DNA of 63,451 nucleotides, counting the filler, from Craspedostauros australis (taxonomy: Eukaryota): NCBI GenBank assembly GCA_030167865.1. It is 12 parts of 12 records of this genome, joined end to end, with 100 filler letters (N's around TTAATTAATTAA, not from the genome) between each part and the next. Parts side by side here need not be neighbours in the genome. Positions count along the whole stretch, not along the records: positions 57,001 to 59,783 come from JALAGF010000220.1; positions 59,884 to 61,745 come from JALAGF010000221.1; positions 61,846 to 63,451 come from JALAGF010000225.1; 9 more parts are not named here. The stretch is one strand, 5' to 3'. Position 1 is the stretch's first letter, and each line of letters begins with the position of its first letter. The notes below the pieces were generated by a model, which made no database searches, had not been told where the DNA came from, and saw nothing but the letters and a program-made list of their open reading frames with translations. The position numbers and the translations under genes were made by a program. Of this stretch, positions 57,790-63,451 are shown in pieces.

Positions 57790-59883
57790 TGTGGGGGACT
57801 GGCCGATGAGCACATAGTTGACCATTGCTGCAAAAGATCTTTGGATGCAAAGAGCGGTATCGTATGTTTGGTTGGCATCTATTGGTGCAGCATTTTATCC
57901 ATTCCGTGTGTTCTGCCATTCGTGGATTCGGTCGTTTGTCTGTTGGTTGATTTGCGCTGCTGAATTGTGGATTTTGTTTGTTGTGCGGAGTGATCACTTG
58001 TCTGCCCATTCATTTGTGTTCGTTTGTGTTCGTTTGTTCGTGTGTTTGGGAGCGGCGACAGTTTGGAATGGATTTTGTGGATGGAATTGTTGATCGTACG
58101 ATGCTCATGCTGTTTGGCATTTGAGCCACGCAGAATCTGTAGTGTGTGCAGGTGCGCATCCGCATCAGACAGCATTCCGTGGGATGCCAGAGGAGCAACA
58201 TCAATTAGAGCACAATGAACAATGAGTGGCATTGATGTAGGTGATGACAAATCAAACCGGAACAAGTGATTGTTGCCAAATACCCTGCTGATTCGTTGGT
58301 TGCAGCCAACAGAACTCAGTCGGATGTTCTCTGTTATGTACCCTGTGGGCTCTGCAGGCTCTGCTCTCTGCCAAATGATGCAGAGTGATCTGTTGATCGT
58401 TTTGAGATACTTTGCTTCATGTACTATGCTCTTTGTTGGGTACTCTGGTGTTGGGGATTTGTAGTTTCTTGATTGTTGCCAATTGCTTTACAGTATATTC
58501 GATGCTTGATCCTTTTCTGCTGCTGGTTGCTTCCTGTTGGATCTTCTCTGTGGATTTGGTTGTGGTTGTATGCTCCTCGTTCTGAATGCTCTTCATTGCT
58601 TCACTACTGGTTGCCAAATGTCATGTGGTGGTGCTCACTACTAACCCACTAGTACCTGGTTGAAGCCAGATACTCTTCTTGATATTGAGCCATGTATGAA
58701 TTCATTGGCTGTGGTCGGAAGCCCTTTTGCTTCTTCTGGAAACTGCCTACGACTTGTTGATCAATAACAATATTCCCAGATCTTGCTGAATGCAGTCTTC
58801 TCATTAGTTGGTTGCTTCAGGAAGCAGTCTGCGCTCTGCATTCTGTGTGGTTCCGGTGAATAGTATGTGTGTTGGTGTCTGCCGGATGTTGCCTTTCATG
58901 CTTTTGACAGGATGTGGTGCTCTCTGTCTGTTGCGACATACATTGATGAGATCTGTACTGTATGCTGTGCTCTCTGCCCATCAGCTGCTTCCAGCCAGAT
59001 GCTCTGATATTAACCATCAGCCATATATACAACTTCTGAAGACTACTGTGATGTTCATTCCACAGGCTCAATGCTCAGCCATCCACAAGGCTCTGAATGC
59101 ACCAACTCACTGAGCATCGTCCTTGCCGCTGTGATGTCAGTGTTGTTGAGGTTGTTGTTGCCCTGATGCATGGCATTTGCAGCTAGTTGTGCATTGCCGA
59201 CTGCTCTTCACTGCCCTTTGCCCATTGACATCACGTAGGATGAGAATTTGGCCTGCAGTGGGAGCGCAAGGAGATGCAGCTCCAGATCCACCATTGCCCT
59301 TCAACCATACTTGTATTCCTTGTGTGTCGGTACAAAGTGTTGACGATGGTTGCTGCATCCACTGACGATGCTGCGGTAGGCGTTGGTGGAGTAGCTTGGT
59401 AGATGTCTCCGCCAGTGTGTTCATGAGATGGTGGTGTCTCATGGTCGTCGACGATGCTGTCGATACTGAACTACGCAGTGTCATTCTGCTCAGCACACAC
59501 TGANNNNNNNNNNNNNNNNNNNNNNNNNNNNNNNNNNNNNNNNNNNNNNNNNNNNNNNNNNNNNNNNNNNNNGTCCCAAAAGTAACGTGCTCCTGTAACG
59601 CTCAGGAGTGATCGATCATGCGCTTGCCACGTTGACGGTGAGGGGGAATTTGTTGTTTCTGTACTCTATTCTGGTTTAGTCCCGTACAATCGGGAATATC
59701 TGATGTCACACATTTCGACAGACCTGCGGCCCTGGTTGACTTGCTGTGCTGGATGCAATTGCGTTGTTGTTCAGTTTCTGTGGNNNNNNNNNNNNNNNNN
59801 NNNNNNNNNNNNNNNNNNNNNNNNNNNTTAATTAATTAANNNNNNNNNNNNNNNNNNNNNNNNNNNNNNNNNNNNNNNNNNNN

Positions 59884-61745
59884 GGCATCTGGACCACCAG
59901 CGACGTGAAGCCCAACCAGCTTGGAGCAACGGCGTACGGCTGCTGGGACCACCGGATGGTGTGGATGGACATCGGAGAAAGCAATCTCTTTGGGCCAACC
60001 AAACAACCCACCACACCATTCCGAGGACGCAGGCTCCAGATGAGCCAACCATCCACAGTACGCAAGTACAAGGCGGAATACACGGCGCAGGCCAAGAAGC
60101 TCCAGCTGCTTCACCGAGCGCGCGAGCTGGACACTGCCATAGGAGCGGGGCCAGTCACAGCATCCCAAGCGCAGCAGCTAGAGAAATTGGACAACGACCG
60201 GATCACAGCGATGCTGCAAGCAGAAAGCAAGTGTAGAAGAGTGCGAGCAGGAAAGGTCCCATTCTCCCTGATGCTGGCGAAGCTCCACTGGGAGCACAAG
60301 TTCTGGACCATCAGCATAACACGCAGGAAGGGCCATCACATCAGTGGGAGAACCATTGACAAGGCCAAGCAGAAAGGAGGAGTGACAAGACTCACGCGCG
60401 ACATGTCGGTGACAGAAATGCAGCACCACAGGAATGCAGCATGGAAGAAGTACAAACAAGAGAAGAAACACGCAGACACCCACCGACGAACGTTCCTGGC
60501 GGAAGACGAGGCGGACGAGAAGGAGTCAGGACGAGACACGGCCAAGTACAGAACGCAGATCTTGCAACGGGAAGAAACAAAGGCGACGTACCGACGCATC
60601 AAGTGGTCGCTGCAGGCCGAGGGATCCGACGCACAAGTCTCCATTGTGGTGGACGATGGACCCGGTGGAAGTGGCCGTCTGCTCACATCGGGAGAAGACG
60701 TTGCCAAGGCATGCTGCAACAACAACGTTGATAAGTACAGCCAAGCATGGCAAGCAGAGGTGTGCCAACGACCACTCAAACACACACTTGGACGGTACGG
60801 TACCAGCACGGCAGCCACTGCTGTACTGCGCGGAATCGTCCCGACGCAAGTCAAAGCCAACACCAGAGACATTCTACAGGCGCTCAGCAATCCGCCAAAC
60901 AGGACAGCATGGAAACCCCAACAACTACAGATCAGCACTGCCGACCACTCCCAGGGATGGGCAAGGATAAAGGAAAGCACATCCTCAGGACCATCCGGAG
61001 TGCACTTCGGTTGCTGGAAGGTCAACTCAACCGACGACGAGCTGGCCACCATCGACGCCATCATGCGCGAGATCCCCTACCGCACCGGATACAGCTACAA
61101 GCGATGGCAGCAGTGCGTGGACATACAGCTCCGCAAAAAGCCTGGCGATCTCTCCGTAACCAAAACGAGGACCATCGGACTGATGGAAGGAGACTACAAC
61201 ATGAACAACCGGCTCCTGGGCAAGCAAGCACGCGCCCATGCTGAAGCCAACGGCACGATAGCATCTGAACAGTACGGCAGCCGGAAGTCGCACACGGCCC
61301 CAGAGGTACTGCTCAACACAACGCTCATCGACGATATCCACAGGATCACCGGCAATCACTACGCGGTGTGCTCGAACGACGCGAAAGGGTGCTACGACAG
61401 GATCGCACACCCCGTCTTCAGTCTTGCTCTTCAACGACAGGGAGTGCCAGCCCCGCCCATTGTGAGTACACTCAGTACGATCCAGTCGATGACCCACAGA
61501 ATTCGCACATCGGCAGGGACGTCGACATCATCATACTCCGGCAGGCAACGCCGCAACTACCTGCAGGGATTAGTTCAAGGACTGGGATCTGCCCCAACCG
61601 GATGGCTTCTTATCAGCTCCGCCATCATAGACAGTATGAGATCCCAAGGACATGGACTGCAAGTGCACAACCCGATCACGAACGAGCAGCACACGGTGGT
61701 GGGCACGGCCTATGTCGACGACGCCAACATCATGCACAGCCTACC
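59884..61745 (+). mobile_element. Non-LTR retrotransposon (Ambal-like) ORF fragment: end of the APE endonuclease, linker and RT domain
   Basis: The frame is open across the contig. DHR..WMDI marks the APE end. RT motifs: TSSGPSG.HFG, RW...D..L.KKPG, RTI.L.E.DYN, EQYGSRK, SNDAKGCYDRIAH, GLVQG.G.AP and AYVDDA. Confidence 0.9.
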
Positions 61746-61845
61746 NNNNNNNNNNNNNNNNNNNNNNNNNNNNNNNNNNNNNNNNNNNNTTAATTAATTA
61801 ANNNNNNNNNNNNNNNNNNNNNNNNNNNNNNNNNNNNNNNNNNNN

Positions 61846-63451
61846 CGTTGTTGTACACCTCCGGATATGCCTGGTGAGGGTTTTTCTCGAGATCGTCCAA
61901 GCCGACGTAGTCCACGTAAAAGAGCTTGTTGGCCTTGGCAAGGGCCTCGAGGTTGACGATTCCTTCCTTTTCGAAGAAGTTGCGAAGTTCTGGTGTGAGC
62001 ATCTTACTGTCCTTGACGACTTCGATCATGACTGGGTTGACGCCGTTCAAGAATTGACGTGCAAACTCCTGGTCCTCCTTCCAATGATTGAATGCGTGTT
62101 CTGGGAGCTTGAGGAATGGATTGTCCACTTCCATACCGAGTGGTCCCTTGGCCTTGAAGATTCTCTCGTAGTTCTCCTTCGTGGCGATGTCATTGATAGT
62201 GAGCGGGTTCACGGCGATTCCGGCCTGGGTCTTCAAGGCACCGGCGATCACTCTTGCAAACTTCTTGAAGGAGAACCAGTACTCGACATGCGGTACGCCT
62301 TCGACCTTCTTCATCAACTTCGTTGTGTTGAAATCCGGATACTGCGGTTGTTCCAGAATGGAGAAGGGTGTGGTGGGGCAATGAATGGAAATCGACGGGT
62401 AGGAATGATATCGAAGATACGAAGAATGGATGGGTCGAAGAGGAGACATGAAACAGATGAGCAATGAAGGCGCGTACAGTTTGCCACATATGTGAGCGTG
62501 TGGGAGTGCAGAGTCGTCATACTTCATGTTCGTCAAGGTTGGTGCGATCGCTCCCAAGTAGAAACGCAATCTGTATCCTCCACAGTGAATGCACGTACCT
62601 CGTCGTGCCCGCCATATGTTCCGTAGTCGTATGTGGCATTGCGATACAAGGCGTCTGGCAGCTTCTCCTTGAGGAATGTGATGATGCCGGAACCGCTTCC
62701 GCCGCTCTTGCCTTCGCTGTAAGCGCCGAGGACGACTGGGTAGAATGCGAAGTCGAAGATCAACTGCGCCCAGTCCCTGCCGAGCTGACCGCGACGCAAA
62801 TCCTTGATGGCCAATCGGAGGAGCAGCCGAGCAAGAGGAGGCGTGTTGGCTTTCCAGAATTGCACGAGGCATGCGACGGATGCTTGCGAAGATGCTTCGA
62901 TCGCGGCGAGCGGGAAGATGAGGATGGCCAAAAGGCCACCTTCGTCCACGACCCTCTGGAGTCTGAGAGGTTCTTTGGGTTTCATCGAAACGAATTTCTG
63001 CATGATCTCGGCCTTGTCCTCGGCCTTCGTTGTGGCCGCTCCGGACTTGACCGCGCCGAATGCGGATGTTGGCTCCGTTTTGTCGTCGGGGGCTTGGAAT
63101 CCGTCAAGCAGTTCGTAGAGGAGCTCCGCCTGCTCGACGTCCATCTCGGAAGTCTCCGTGAGGACCTCAACGTCTTCGAAACTCGCGAATTCTCCCTCGA
63201 CGGACTCATCTGTTTCGTCAGCGATGGTTGATCTGTCGCCGAGAGGGGTATTTGCTTGGTCAAGGAGGGAACTGTAGAAATCCATATCCTCGTCGGCAGG
63301 CACACCATTGGGTTCCGTGGTGGGCTCTTCGAGCAGCCCCTTGCTATCCATCAACGGAGCGATGTTGACCTTGCGCATAGCTGCGGCACGCGGGATGACA
63401 GGCCTTGCCATCTGAAATGCGGAGCTCGGGCATGCCCAGAGCAATCCGGCC
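61846..63451 (-). CDS. LOX: Lipoxygenase, partial at both ends; exons 63451-62599 and 62341-61846; probable plastid presequence
   Basis: WKEDQEFARQFLNGVNPVMI and KLFYVDY are LOX signatures. The phase-0 intron 62598-62342 (GTACGT...CGCAG) joins GGHDE-YPDF. The N-terminus reads AGLLWACPSSA-FQMARP. Confidence 0.9.

Noticed and set aside
45277..63451. Operon-like or defence-island cluster (STAND ATPase, DUF1501, RT, LOX)
   Set aside because: These genes lie on different contigs of an intron-containing eukaryote, so no linkage can be inferred.
1..63451. tRNA, rRNA or other structured RNA genes
   Set aside because: None were recognised by eye. tRNAscan-SE and Infernal would be needed to exclude them.

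Overview
This window is not one locus. It holds 12 separate contigs joined by artificial 100-nt spacers (N44-TTAATTAATTAA-N44), so gene order across spacers means nothing. Contigs: 1-3413, 3514-4998, 5099-7950, 8051-12820, 12921-17684, 17785-45176, 45277-48104, 48205-52807, 52908-56900, 57001-59783, 59884-61745, 61846-63451. The DNA is eukaryotic and very probably diatom nuclear. That is inferred from GT-AG introns, signal-peptide+Phe plastid presequences, a DUF6824-type protein, an Ambal-like LINE and diatom-type copia elements. Host genes: a plastid-type MFS transporter (2 exons), a small heat-shock protein, a THADA/Trm732 homolog, a diatom-family unknown protein, a DUF6824 protein, a DUF1501 exon, a PAC4/PSMG4-like chaperone (2 exons), a multi-pass membrane protein, a plastid-type lipoxygenase and two pieces of STAND/AAA_16 ATPase genes. 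Mobile DNA: one decayed copia, two near-identical copia gag-pol copies with uninterrupted reading frames plus a third 3' end with its LTR, a plant-mariner-like transposase with D-D38D spacing, an Ambal-like non-LTR element and a shared LTR-like repeat. The most unusual item is contig 48205-52807. It looks like a retroelement in which a gag-like ORF ends in TGA and runs directly in frame into a second ORF. That second ORF carries motifs resembling a degenerate C5 DNA methyltransferase and is cut off just before the expected RT core. Family names come from motif recognition by eye, not from database searches.
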